DNA of 63,947 bases, counting the filler, from Octopus bimaculoides (lineage: Eukaryota): NCBI RefSeq assembly GCF_001194135.2. It is 5 parts of 4 records of this genome, joined end to end, with 100 filler letters (N's around TTAATTAATTAA, not from the genome) between each part and the next. Parts side by side here need not be neighbours in the genome. Positions count along the whole stretch, not along the records: positions 1 to 29,060 come from NC_068981.1; 4 more parts are not named here. One strand, written 5' to 3'. The notes under the pieces are model-generated. The model worked only from the letters and a program-made list of their open reading frames with translations, did no database searches and was not told the origin of the DNA. Positions 12,661-25,740 of this stretch are shown in pieces. Position numbers and translations under genes: made by a program. Within the stretch, counting starts at the first letter, position 1; every line of letters begins with the position of its first letter.

Positions 12661-13823
12661 AAAAACTGTTGCAGACTTCTGGTATGATGTACTATAGTAC
12701 GATCCCACAATGTAAAAATGCCACTAGAATGTAATTATATTCGTTTTGCCTTATATTCCCGGTTACTTGATTAGAAACGAACCAAGTGAAATATTCGTCT
12801 GTGATGTTAAATTACAATTTTCTGTTGAAGGATTCCTCGGCTTGTTTCCGTTTATGGAGATTCTCAGATAGGCAAAGCCTAAAGTTATAAATAGCCTAAA
12901 ATAGGAGCTCTATCAGCAACAAAATTAGGGAAGTCATGTCCTTAGTCTCTAAACGTCCAGATAAATCGAGACAAGGAAGTTTCGTTTTCCCTGCTCATAG
13001 GTCTAAAGAGATATGTTAATTGTATCGTTATTTGAAGCCATTAACAGTATAGTTTTTTTGGTACCATTCAGCTATATGAGTGTCGCTCTCTATACCATTG
13101 CTTTGAAGATAAACAATTTACTCGGTGACTTAATTTAAGGATTTACAGGGGGCTTCTTGAGAACGGTCTGTATGTATGTGTGGTTTCATTTATGTCATAC
13201 AAAAAGCGGTAATACTGTAGCAGCAATAATTATTCTTAACTTTACTTGTGTAAAAGAGATTATGATATTTATGTGAAGTCGGAAAGTGGTGCCCTAAGCC
13301 AATTAGTAAACCTCCGGTAGTAATTGTCATGACAGCAAAGTTAGGGAGTAGTGAACCAGATTAATTTCTGCTTCCTGAATTCCCTCAAATGTGAAATGAG
13401 TGGGTAGTTCTCTATTTATTTCCCAATAAAGACTCTCCTTGTTATAATAGAGAGCTACTTCTCGAAACGTTACCTATCGTATGATATTATAGAGATTCAA
13501 ATGTTTGTATCAGAGACCAGTATTATATTTAAAACGCAGATTGCAGTTCGTATAGATTATGAGCTGTTATTTGGTTTTCTTTTAGAATATGATAACACTT
13601 ATTTCTCTTAAAATTTAATGTAATATTTAGAAAGACAGCTATTACAAGATTGGTAATTATATTATTTAAGAAAAAACTGGTGTCATTTTGTTTACCAGAC
13701 TTTAAAAAGGTTAGTACTGGAGTTGGTTCATCCGACTAAGACCTTCCAAGGTGATACCACAGCATGACTACGGTCCAATGACTGAAGCAAGTGAAAAATA
13801 AAAATATAAGCAATAAAACATGA

Positions 13824-13877
<54 letters not shown>

Positions 13878-14939
13878 TTAAACATTTTAAATATTACACC
13901 AATGCTACAAGAACATCTAGAACATCCATACAGACCAAATATTGAGTTTTTGATATACGAAGACATATGTACTTTATATAGTATATATCACCATTTCTCT
14001 ATCTATTCGTTCACCAGTATACCAATCTACTCCTCTTCGTCTCTCTCTCTCTCTCTCTGTACACACGCGCACACACGTGCACACATACGTATATGCACAT
14101 ATATGCACTTTATAAATGCACAAATTAGTATTTCATATATTAATGTGCGTGAATGTGTGTGATTTAATCTAATACATACGGACATTGATTATTTCTTACA
14201 GTCGCTAATTGCTTCACATCATATTTTGTGAAGAATTAATTTTAATTATTATAAATCAAACTTGTCTTGATTGTTTAAATAACAAAACAATCATTCTGAA
14301 ATCATTTTACTACGTTTACAGATTTACAATATTTNNNNNNNNNNNNNNNNNNNNNNNNNNNNNNNNNNNNNNNNNNNNNNNNNNNNNNNNNNNNNNNNNN
14401 NNNNNNNNNNNNNNNNNNNNNNNNNNNNNNNNNNNNNNNNNNNNNNNNNNNNNNNNNNNNNNNNNNNNNNNNNNNNNNNNNNNNNNNNNNNNNNNNNNNN
14501 NNNNNNNNNNNNNNNNNNNNNNNNNNNNNNNNNNNNNNNNNNNNNNNNNNNNNNNNNNNNNNNNNNNNNNNNNNNNNNNNNNNNNNNNNNNNNNNNNNNN
14601 NNNNNNNNNNNNNNNNNNNNNNNNNNNNNNNNNNNNNNNNNNNNNNNNNNNNNNNNNNNNNNNNNNNNNNNNNNNNNNNNNNNNNNNNNNNNNNNNNNNN
14701 NNNNNNNNNNNNNNNNNNNNNNNNNNNNNNNNNNNNNNNNNNNNNNNNNNNNNNNTTTTTAATCATAATTCTTTATTGTCATCATTTATTTATTTCCCAT
14801 TTCTCCATCTCTTCTTTCTCCAATCGGCCTCCCTAATTTTCTTCTTCTTCTTTTTCTTCTTCTTCTTCTTCTTCTTCTTCTTCTTCTTCTTCTTCTTCTT
14901 CTTCTTCTTCTTCTTCTTCTTCTTCTTCTTCATTTCAAA

Positions 14940-15130
14940 TTTTGGCACAAGACCAGCAATGTCGAGGAGGGTATAAGTCGATTACATCGACCCTAGTACT
15001 CAACTGGTACTTATTTTATCGACTTTGAAACATAAAAGGCCAAGTCGACATCGGCGGAATTTGAAATCAGAACGTGAAGACAGACGAAATCTTGCTAAGC
15101 ATATCGCTCGGCGCGCTAACAATTCTGCAT
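14940..15130 (-). mobile_element. tRNA-derived SINE, family A
   Basis: Reverse complement of the family A head and body seen at 15338, 42466, 48207 and 53919. Confidence 0.7.
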
Positions 15131-15294
15131 CTCATCTTCTTCATAGTGGCATTTCGTCCGTGCTTACGTTACAAGCTCAAACTCCACCGACGTTTTATCC
15201 TTTCGCGGTCGATAAAATAAGTACTAACTGAACATTGGGGTCGACGTAATTGACTTATCTCCTGTGCCAAAATTTGAACTCATTATTATTATTA

Positions 15295-15337
<43 letters not shown>

Positions 15338-15547
15338 GGCGGCGAACCGATAGAATCGTTAGCAAGGCGGGCAAAATGCTTAGCGGTATTTCGCTTGTCG
15401 CCACGTTCTGAGTGCAAATTCTGCCGAGGTCAACTTTGCCTTTCATCCTTTTGAGGTCGATTAATTTAGTACCAGTTGCGTACAAAGATCGATCAAATCG
15501 ACTGTCCCCTCCCCTATATTCCAGGCCTTGTGCTTATAGTAGAAAGG

Positions 15548-15549
<2 letters not shown>
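15338..15549 (+). mobile_element. tRNA-derived SINE, family A, within (TAT)n
   Basis: GGCGGCGA...AGAATCGTTAGC...GTTCTGAGTGCAAATTC head with degenerate pol III A/B boxes; multiple copies in the window. Confidence 0.75.
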
Positions 15550-15607
<58 letters not shown>

Positions 15608-15610
<3 letters not shown>

Positions 15611-15897
15611 TTTTATGTTTGACTTTTGCTTTGCATTTGTACAAGTTGGATCCCAGTCTCACCAAGAGACCTCAAGAGACAACAAGTTAGAAGTTCATGT
15701 AGGTGTTATGCCTAGGGTACCATATATTTGAATTTGTACAGTGTTGTTCTAGATAATGTTTTAAAATTTGAGATCACATAGACAGTATTTTACGCAGGAT
15801 ATGAGCAGTTCCCATGAGCACTATCTTTTGAACTTCAGCCATTTTGGGGTTTCCTGGTATCTGAGCTAGGTAGTAATCAGCCCGTTTCGCTGTCATT
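15608..15897 (-). mobile_element. R4/Dong-clade LINE 3' end in (TAA)n (second lineage)
   Basis: Minus strand MTAKRADYYLAQIPGNPKMAEVQKIVLMGTAHILRKILSM* (stop at 15774-15776), then a 3' UTR and (AAT)n. Confidence 0.85.
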
Positions 15898-15900
15898 TTA

Positions 15901-15966
<66 letters not shown>

Positions 15967-15968
15967 CA

Positions 15969-16000
<32 letters not shown>

Positions 16001-16001
16001 G

Positions 16002-16330
16002 TCTTTGCACAGCCTCTAACGCTGGAGATGTACTATAATGTCAGCTGTTCACTAGCAGTGAACTAATGTAACACCTCTTATTTTTTTGAGCACCTTCAGG
16101 AGTAATCGAGCGGTTCCAAGCAGTGCTGTTTTCTGCAAGTGCTCTACCCTTATTGCAGCCCCTATTTGTTCCGCGAACTTCTCGAGATTTTTGTTCACTG
16201 TTCCCAGGGCTCCGACAATTATTAGTACTACTGCTACCTTTTTCATCGACCACAACTGCTTAACTTATCCATTGCTCCGAAAAGCCTTGTCAAAACCGAT
16301 CCTATTTCTCACCAGTTTACAAAATTCTTT
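16002..16330 (-). mobile_element. R4/Dong-clade LINE 3' end in (TAA)n (third lineage)
   Basis: KQLWSMKKVAVVLIIVGALGTVNKNLEKFAEQIGAAIRVEHLQKTALLGTARLLLKVL, then a short 3' UTR and (AAT)n. The 5' boundary is approximate. Confidence 0.85.
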
Positions 16331-19189
16331 CAAGCTGGAAACGCCCATCTTCAAAGAATTTGTAAATGTTTGTAAACATACACGTGAAATGCTAATTAGA
16401 AGGAAATGTTTTTATTTTGAATTTTCTTTTCTTCTTTTATTAAAAAATGGTCGTTATTCTTCACTAAATATGAGAGTGATAAACAAAATAAATAAGTGGA
16501 TATAATAGTAGACTATCAACTCATAGATTTTGATTTCAAATCCACTGCAGGCATTCCGTTATAAGTTTTATGCAATACTTTAGAAATCTGTTCATGTTAA
16601 TTTACGAGCTATCGTGGATTCTAGATTATCTGAAAATGTAACCTGCTTTGGGCGGTCGAGATAGAGATTTAATGTAACCTGCTTAGTGCTATAAGATTTA
16701 TTTCTAAGACGAATCCTGAAAGTCTTAATAAGGTTTAGAAAGCATTTTAATCGAAGAAAGTAAGACAGAAAAAAATGTGTATAATGTCGTATTGTGTTTA
16801 TCTAAATACAGCCATGGTCGAATGCAGTCCTTTAAATTAAGAAACTTTATTGAATTTACTAACCAAGTTATTATATCAAACTAGTAGTTACCTTCAATAG
16901 ATCTATTCACGTGGAAGTGCGCAAAATACATGCAATATTATTAGCATAACAATGACATCCCGAAAATGAACTATTTTCATTCTTTTTGTTATTCCAGAGA
17001 TGCGTCTAGCATCCTTTATGTTAGGTCCATTATCAATTGCCAAATTTCAATCTTTATCTAGGAGTGTTATTCAAAGTTAATTCTGTGTTTTGTTCACTAT
17101 GAATATTTTCATGTCCGTTTATTTAATCTGCATGACCAAATATCACCTGTTCACTCTTAAGGTTCATAGCTATGATGGCTCATCATTTCTGCTGTATCGA
17201 TATACAATTTGTGCTGCTGTTTCATAGGACAACGTTATTAATGATCATATCTGCCCATCAAGGTAGATAAACTAAGAAGGGATTGTCCAATAACTCAAAA
17301 GCAATGCATCTATTATTTAAACCTTTATGCTTACAATTCTCGGTATTAAAGGAGGATCTAGTGATATACCCTACTCTTTTCATATGTATCAAAAACAAAA
17401 CAAAGAAATGTATCTGACTCAAACAATTTCCGCCCGATTAATCACCCTGTTTGATAATCTCAACATTTCTTTGATCTGAAATATTAAATTTTCAGTCAAG
17501 CAGAAAAATTACCTGCTTTTCAATTTCCTATACGATCACCTTGGGTTCCTATTCAGTATTTGAATATTTCGTTTCAGCTGTACTTTATAATGCTCTTGAC
17601 AAATATAAAGCAGGATAGGCGTATTGTGAGAGTATCCCTATATAATGTTTTCATTTGCTTTAGTTGTTAACTACTTTTGCGGCATCATAAATCTAACCTA
17701 TTCGCTTTGATAACTTGAACTTTTGGTGCTTAAATGCCTTTTGTTGTCGGACTCCCTATGAAAATAAAACATCAGGTTTACAAGTGATGCAAGCAGCGAT
17801 ATGCAGTCTGAATAATGATTAAAATGTCTTCTTTAGAAATTAAGAAATCCGAAGAAAGATTCTGATCGTCTTTATCCCGTGGAGGTTTCATATTGAACGC
17901 TGTTGTGTTTTGCAGGCCAATTTCATAAATACAAAGAATCTTTAATTTCCTCGACCCCTTTGTAGATTCACATGGTGTCTTAAACTAATTTTTTCCCTAA
18001 CACTTAATACGAGTTTTATCAACGTATGACATTTTGGTGGTTCATACTTATACTCACAAAAGTGACATTTCTTTCAACATGTGACACTATATCATCTCGA
18101 GATAATTCTTAATTTCTGTTTTTCTTTCAGTCTTCTGAAATTTGGAAATCATTTCAAGATGTTGAATGAATTCAATAAATGCATTAATCTTCGGATCACC
18201 TGATGAAAAATCCTTTCATACTTTCATGTTATGTTCATATAATTATACGCGGTTGAAAAAACGAACGGATTCACGTAAACATTGAGAATAACCTTAAACA
18301 ATATTGAGTTTGATGTGATAAGAATTTGACTCAAGAAGAATCAACTTTTGGGGGGACTAACTGATATCTTTCAACATATCATACATACTGGTAAAATTCA
18401 TTGTTTCTTGTTCTAGAGCTTTCTTCAATACCAACAATTTTCGTATATATGATAAAACAAATCATTTACTTGTCTTTCATCTTTAGGGCCCAGGAAGTAT
18501 TTCGTTCATACTGTAGCAGCGAGACTGTAACAACCAAGCTTTTGTCGTATCCGAGTCATAAAGTAAAAGTATTCTTGCTATTAACCGATGACAATGCCGT
18601 GCAGCTCAGTGTTTATCTATTAATAAATAAATACACTTCTAAGCCGTACTAGATCCTTTACATTCTTTCTAACTGTTACATCAAACTATGGCAGTCACCT
18701 TAAATAGACTATATCACATACGAACACACAAAACGCATAATAACATAAATATCATGAAGATATCACAGCAAGAAATAAGGAAAAAGTGAACACAAACATT
18801 ATAGGGTCAAAACTGATTAACTTGTAAGTATACAAGTGAAGAATTAAAGAATTTACAAACTATCTAGAGAAAGGTGAGACTAGATTCTAGTTAAGAATTG
18901 AAATTAATGGAAACATTCTCTATGCTTTATTATATTAAGCTGTATCTTTCCTATGAGTAGTAAACGATGATTGCCTTTTTAAAGCATAGGCAAAGTGTAA
19001 TGTTGCTGAACGTTACTTCATATGTAAGACTTTCATGTACTGAAATTACCGTTTGAGTAGTTCCAATTTGACTATTTCAAAGCCCTATTTTGATTATATA
19101 GATTAAGTTACAGACATACACACAAATATACATTCAGTATGAAACACCTATACATCAAGAGAAAAAACCTCTCCACACACACAAGTATA

Positions 19190-19860
19190 CCTCTTACCAT
19201 ATCTTGCTGGAAAAAGAAAATTCCCCATCTTCAAAGCTCTCTTGAAGATTGTCGAAGCAATCTAGTAAAAGTCACAGTACCGCTAAAAAAGAAATGATCC
19301 AACAAATTCTTTAATGATAAACCATAAATTAACGTGATATTCCTCAGTAATATGCGTGGTCTTACATTCCCAGTAGGTGCAACTGTAGTGGTTAATAGAA
19401 CCATTCAATTTAAAGGTAGTCTCATCACTCCAAACAATCTTTGTACAGGGCGCATCTTCGACACACTTTGCAAAGTACCAATCGCTAAACTTCACTCTTC
19501 AGCCCGGATAATCTTCTTTGAAAGTATGGACTATTCTTGGAATGTAACTTCTCCAATGAAAACGCTACAAAACACGTTGGTCACCTAATTATAAAATCCC
19601 TCTTTCGTGACTCGCATGCGACACAGATTTTTCTTGAACTCTGGCAATGCATTTCTAGTACTTTTTCTTAAGTTGTGGAGCTATATACCGTGACGTTTCT
19701 CGTGGACATTCTGAGAATTTCCATTTGCTTCAAACTTATCTCTGATCTGAATGATGGTAAGTCGTGTAATTGAATCTGTTTGAAACTCCTGCCTAAACTG
19801 TCTTTGCACATCGATTGCATTTTCAAACATCCAGTAAGATTTTCGGATAAATTTTCTTTG
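19190..19860 (-). pseudogene. Decayed Tc1/mariner-superfamily transposase (maT/DD37D-like)
   Basis: N-terminal HTH-like YWMFENAIDVQRQFRQEF...TRLTIIQIRDKFE, first catalytic motif KIVWSDETTFKLNGSINHYSCTYW and second motif FQQD, with stops and frameshifts. Confidence 0.8.
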
Positions 19861-21477
19861 TTCAAGGTTTCATTTGGCCCCTTTCCTTATTTCTAATGAG
19901 TTAAATCTAAAAGGAAATAAAAATCAAGTGATTTATCAGTTGTTAAAGAGCGTATACATTTTTTTGGAAGCTTGTCAAACAAATTCTCGGTCTATTGGCT
20001 TAACACCAAACTCTCTGAAACTATGGAAGTTTGCAAGCGCAGCATGTTCAACAGCCAGTCTCAATATGTAAACGAATGAAACTAAGGAAACCCGCAAGCG
20101 TAACATTTTCGACAGTCACACACCTTTTGATTAGTCCCAAAGTTTAAAAAATCCTGCATTTATCTTGCATACTACATGGACTATTGTGTATATAAACTTA
20201 TGTAGACAATCGAGAACTTTTTCCAAGCATGCTGCTATTTCTTTTCTTGCATTTTAGCACCAAATTTACAGCAACACTCTTCCGTATCAAGTTTGTGATT
20301 CAATATTTCTTTTGTTTATATTATTTCGTACTATTTACTATGCTTTCTTACACTGCAAACTTATTTACATGCTAGCAGGTTTATAAACCGCAACACAGTT
20401 ATGTTTCAATCAACTTGCATGTGTTTTTATGATGTACCATATTTTTTATAACGTGTCTGTCTTTGGCCGCTCGCTCAATTTTTTCATGCTCTCGTATCGT
20501 TTCAGTTTTGTCCAATTTCATGGATTTTTGCTATATGTTTTCTCTTAAAGGTTTCCAGATTTCTCTCAGGTTGTTTAATTTTTCCGCTATAAAGTTCAAC
20601 GTAATACACACACATCTTAATGTTTGTGCCTTCAATTACTTGTTTTTCTTGTCTGTGCCAACTCAACTCTTTTCCAGACTCAGCATACGTCGGATGTCTC
20701 ATCATGCTCTCTGAACCCTTGCTTCCAAACACAACTTATCTTTGTATAACCCCAGGATGGTGACTGTATATATAGCGGTGCCAGCATGCCACACTTTTCG
20801 TCTTGCATACTCTTAGCAAATGTACACGACCACAACAACAGACTCGCCTGGCTTCTGCACTTTTCGTATGGTACGTTTCACTGCATGCACACTTATGACA
20901 GAAAATTTTCAATTATATCATGGATTGAGAATGCACTTTCTCGACTCAGCTTCTTTCAATGAAAGTCCACAGCTGCACCGTTCTCTCGCATAGGTATACA
21001 TAATCACGATTTTGAACGTTCTTCAATTTTCGCACAGTGCACATTTTTGCAATTTTTTCCTATTATCGTAATTTTGTCTTCGACATTTTATCTGGCAAGG
21101 GGGTGATGTAGCAAACAGCTACAGTATCGCTAAGATAGGATTCGAAACGAAATCTACATTTTTATGCATTGCCAAACAAATCCTCGGTCTGTTATCTTAG
21201 CCTTATTGCACTCAGAGATAAATGAGAAAAAGTTGCCCTTTCTCTACCTACTTTAGCCAGTAAGTTACAAAAATATAAGCAAGTAACTATCTCCCACTCT
21301 GTAGTCAATCATCTCTGGACTGACAACAACTCTGTCAATATACTAAACAATGCATGCGAAGGTAAACCTCTACCCCCTCTCTGTGCATATGTTCCTTTTG
21401 TTATGTATTTCTCTCAAGTAGGCAACAGAGAAACTAAACTAGCCTACACAATGAACCATGGAACGAGACACAAACAG

Positions 21478-21533
<56 letters not shown>

Positions 21534-21845
21534 NNNNNNNNNNNNNNNNNNNNNNNNNNNNNNNNNNNNNNNNNNNNNNNNNNNNNNNNNNNNNNNNNNN
21601 NNNNNNNNNNNNNNNNNNNNNNNNNNNNNNNNNNNNNNNNNNNNNNNNNNNNNNNNNNNNNNNNNNNNNNNNNNNNNNNNNNNNNNNNNNNNNNNNNNNN
21701 NNNNNNNNNNNNNNNNNNNNNNNNNNGATTACATTCTTATCAACATCACCTATTCCTATGGAAGGTATAATTTGTAATCTTCGAAACATATGTTGGAAAT
21801 GAAAGTACTCAGTTAACCTATGCGTTTTACACCATTTACTAAATT

Positions 21846-21882
<37 letters not shown>

Positions 21883-23069
21883 TATGCGACAGGCTTTTTT
21901 AGTTGCTGTCTACCGTATTCACTCACAAGGCTTTGGTCCGCCTGAGGCTATAGTAGGAGGCATTTACCCACGGTGTCACGGAGTGGGACTGAACTCGAAA
22001 CCATGTGGTTGGGAAGCAAGCTTCTTACCACACAACCACACCTACGCCTACTCACACACAAACACACACACATACACAAACACACATTCAAGTGTATATA
22101 GATTGCGTGTTACATGTGTTATGTGTGTGTGTCTGTGTGTGCGCGGTTTTCTGTAAGTATGAGTGTTTGTGTGGATGGCTGCTGACACAGAAAGGGTGTT
22201 AGTGTCGTACAAATCTCTTAAATCCGAGATGTGAGACAACAGACAATAAAATATGCAGTAATATTATATTGTTCTTTTATCTATTGATATATTTTATTTC
22301 TTACTCAAGTTTTTTTGTTCAAAAGGGAACGAAAACCCCATCGCAGTGACGGGTTTATTGTTTTAAGGTTATGCAATTTCAAAATGACAGATCATTCCAC
22401 TCGTTTAAATCTGGGTTTTGACTGTGGGAAGTGTAGCATCAATTTTTGCTGAAAGATATTATTATCAGATTTTTTTTCAAGATCTCAAGAAATTACTACG
22501 CAAGCGTGCGCACACTCACACAGACGCATACACACGCATATACACACATAAACACTAACACCACACACATTCATATTACAGATATAGAAATACACACATA
22601 CAAATGTGAGTCAGTGTGTATGTGAGAGTAACCTTAATATGGTTGAATGGTTCAAAAGCTCGCTTTGCAAATACCAGGCCCAGTTTCAATCCCATAGCAT
22701 CGACTTCTGCCTTGTGAGTAAATTTGTGTAGACGGAAAAAGTAGAAAAGTCTCCTCAATAGAATGTATCTGTAATTCAAAGACACAGTCCACAAAAGCGT
22801 GTTACGTTTATTCTGCGAGATTATTACACTAACACTATACTAGATTATTACATTGAGACTCGTACATGGCTTTGGAATACTCAGCCTCTTACACACTAAT
22901 TCGAGGGACTTGGTAATTGAGTTGCTCGTGCAATTGAATACTCATGGTCAAAAATGACGACCATAATGCATTATATATACATTCCTACATACATACATAC
23001 GTACATACATACATACATACATACATACATACATACATGCCAACGGAAAGATCACTGTCCTGGGATAAA

Positions 23070-23815
23070 TACACTGAACCACGAAAGGAACGAGAGACTT
23101 GTGTGACTGTGAAATATGCTTTAATCTCCTTTGATAAATCTGATAAAGTCAATTTCTTGGATGCATTTTGATCACAGTCTAAAGGGTCGTTGTCATGTGT
23201 TCTGATAGTGGACGGATCCAGCACATCGAGATTGTAGGGCGTGACATGTTCAATACCGTGTATGCCTTCCTTGGGTATCCAAAACGGCCATACACTGTCG
23301 GTACATGGAGTGCATGAGACGGTTCAGAAAAACCATTCGCAACTGTGCCCACACTCCGAGGAAAGCTGCTTCCAGTTCCACACGAGTTGTCGACCTTGGG
23401 AACACCTGGTTCAACCGTCTCTGGATTTCATCCCACGGGATTTTCAATTGGGTTCAGATTCGGGCTAAGAGCCGGCTACGGTATGGTTCTGATGTTGTAC
23501 TGACACAGGAAGTCCATGGTGATCTTGGCTGTATTGTTCTGCTGGAATATGTGGCTATGATGACGCGCGAAGAAGGGCACACTATGAGGTCTTAGGATCT
23601 GGTTAACGTAGCGCTGCGCTGTGATGCCATTCCCTCTGCCTGCACCAACATTTTGGAACACATGGGGCCCAATTCTCTGATTCAGGCCTATAGCACCCCA
23701 AACCATGATGCTTTGGCCACTCCACTCGTCTCTCTCCATGCCACATGCATCTCTGTTGCGTTCACCCCTCTACACCCTCACTCTGCCATCCGAGGATCCG
23801 GTTAACGCCTTCATT
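23070..23815 (-). mobile_element. Tc1 (DD34E) element, 3' half with one TIR
   Basis: GQSIMVWGAIG...YVNQILRPHSVPF...IFQQ, then SPNLNPIENPWDEIQRRL...SMYRQCMAVLDTQGRHTRY*. TA at 23070-23071 is followed by TIR-like CACTGAACCACGAAAG. Confidence 0.85.
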
Positions 23816-25607
23816 GCTTGTTGAAGAATGAGAGAACTATTTCTAGGTTTCGGATACTAAAAATTCTAAATTTATGGGCAGGCATTCAGCACAAGTGTGG
23901 GATACTAGCAACTGTAAAGAATGACATACACATCTAAATAGAAGTAATGATGAAACTTATTCTTTTAATTTCTGGAAAACTCCATTGCTGACTCCTATCA
24001 TTTCTCTAGCATTGTCGGTTCCTATAGCCAGTAAATTTTTTATATCTAATTTCTTTTTTGCTAATTCGATTTTTAAAGCATCACATGTTTCTAAAGATAC
24101 CATACTGAGATATATATGTGCCACTTTTTTGTGAGTGTCACTGTAATACATGATAACAATTCCTAACAACTTGTTTATCGATATATTGGATTCATCCAAT
24201 AACAGGCTAAATCTTCTATCTGCTATATCAGAAATCAAATCTCCATCAAAATATGGAGCTAGAACATTTCTCACAATATTTGCACATTTTGTACGATGCA
24301 ACTTCACTTTGGATATAATATCACTATCAGACATATAATTCTTACATAACTTTATTAAGTGATCACAGCTATTAAATGAGGAGTGGCAACAAATAAACAT
24401 TGCTGAACTTGCTTCAAGCATAGATGTCTTATCAGTTTTGGCTTTAATAAAGTTGGTAAGAGGAATCATTTGCTGTGGAGTTGATGCCTTATGTTTCCTT
24501 GCTTCAAAGTGGCTAACGAAAAGAGAATATTTTGCCAACATATTACTTCTACAATATCTGCAATGTGCTTTAGATTGGTCACTAGGTTCTTCACACAACC
24601 ACTTAGTAAACGCTGGCTTCTTAAGCCATTCCTTTCGCTGTTTTTGCTGGTAAAACTTTGTTTTTTCTTTGCTCATTATAATGGGAAGCATGAAAATAAA
24701 TTGAATGATTAATAAAAATATAAAATTGAAAACACAGCTTATCAGTTTGCTGCTAACAATTTTTCCATTCGCCGTTAACAATTCTTATGCTTACTGCTTA
24801 CAAATTCTTGAGGTGAAGAATACTGATTCAGGATGCAGGGTGGCCAATTTATAAATGGAAAAATAAAATCTCCACAAATCCTAAAGCTGTGTTCTGATAT
24901 AAACCTGGGACATCATATTTTGCTTCCAATCTTACATTTAATATCTATTGATAAAACCACAAATATAAGTACAATACTTGAAAAAAATATACATAAAGAG
25001 GGAAACCCCCGCCACCCCCGTACTTCTATACAAGATATATAATCCAAAAAAAGCATGAAAAAACAGTCAAACTTAAAGTAAATCAGTCAACCTGTCATGA
25101 TAAAACCTAATCACTGCAGAATAAAGCATTGGTTGGACGAATTTCCATGTTTTCATTCTTTGCAACATATTTACATTATTGTGTAGCGAGTTCGAGTGCT
25201 GGATTGAGTTATCTTCGCCCCCCTCCCTTCAGCAGTACCACTCTGTATCCAAGCCGGTGGGGGTGGTACTGGAAAAGTTAATAACTTGATAAACTTCCTC
25301 TTGATAAACTTTCATTTGAAGTTTCATGAAAGTGAAAGAAAAATTCAACAATAGCCGATAGTACAAAATTTGGCTGTAAGATACTTTAACCAAAGTAGAA
25401 AAGGAGGAAAAAGAAGAAAAATAGGTAAGTATTGTGGAAATGTCATGATCAGAGGAAAATGCTAAAAAAATGCTAAATAAAATTTTAAACCTGCTATTTT
25501 CCCTGCTAAATGCTAGATTCAAAAATTTTCTGCTAAATGTTGAAAAAAAAAAATAAAACAAAAAAAACGGTGGATCTAACATAAAATATGCTAAATTGGC
25601 AACCCTG
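23816..25607 (-). mobile_element. hAT transposon, 5' portion (TIR CAGGGTTGCCAATTT, subterminal TGCTAAA repeats, truncated transposase)
   Basis: TIR at 25593-25607, clustered TGCTAAA repeats at about 25455-25595, and a hAT transposase reading frame downstream on the minus strand. Confidence 0.75.
23820..24676 (-). pseudogene. hAT-family transposase pseudogene (N-terminal zinc finger plus first two catalytic acidic motifs)
   Basis: From ATG at 24676: KWLC...AHCRYC...H...KH zinc finger, KLHRTKC, FSLLLDES and IGTDNA. In frame past a TAA stop it continues RCVCHSLQLLVS...LPINLEFLVSET. Confidence 0.88.
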
Positions 25608-25740
25608 CTCCACAGTGGCAACCCTGCTCCACAGTGGCAACCCTGCTCCACAGTGGCAACCCTGCTCCACAGTGGCAACCCTGCTCCACAGTGGCAACCC
25701 TGCTCCACAGTGGCAACCCTGCTCCACAGTGGCAACCCTG
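25597..25740. repeat. 19-bp minisatellite (TGGCAACCCTGCTCCACAG) x7 plus a final 11-bp partial unit
   Basis: Perfect tandem copies starting at 25597, 25616, 25635, 25654, 25673, 25692 and 25711, with a partial copy at 25730. Confidence 0.95.

Noticed and set aside
12760-13600. Decayed L1/Tx1-like coding sequence on the minus strand
   Set aside because: No diagnostic RT or endonuclease motif was recoverable by eye, so it is left unannotated.
25597-25740. CRISPR-like array
   Set aside because: Units are contiguous and identical with no variable spacers, there are no cas genes, and the context is eukaryotic.
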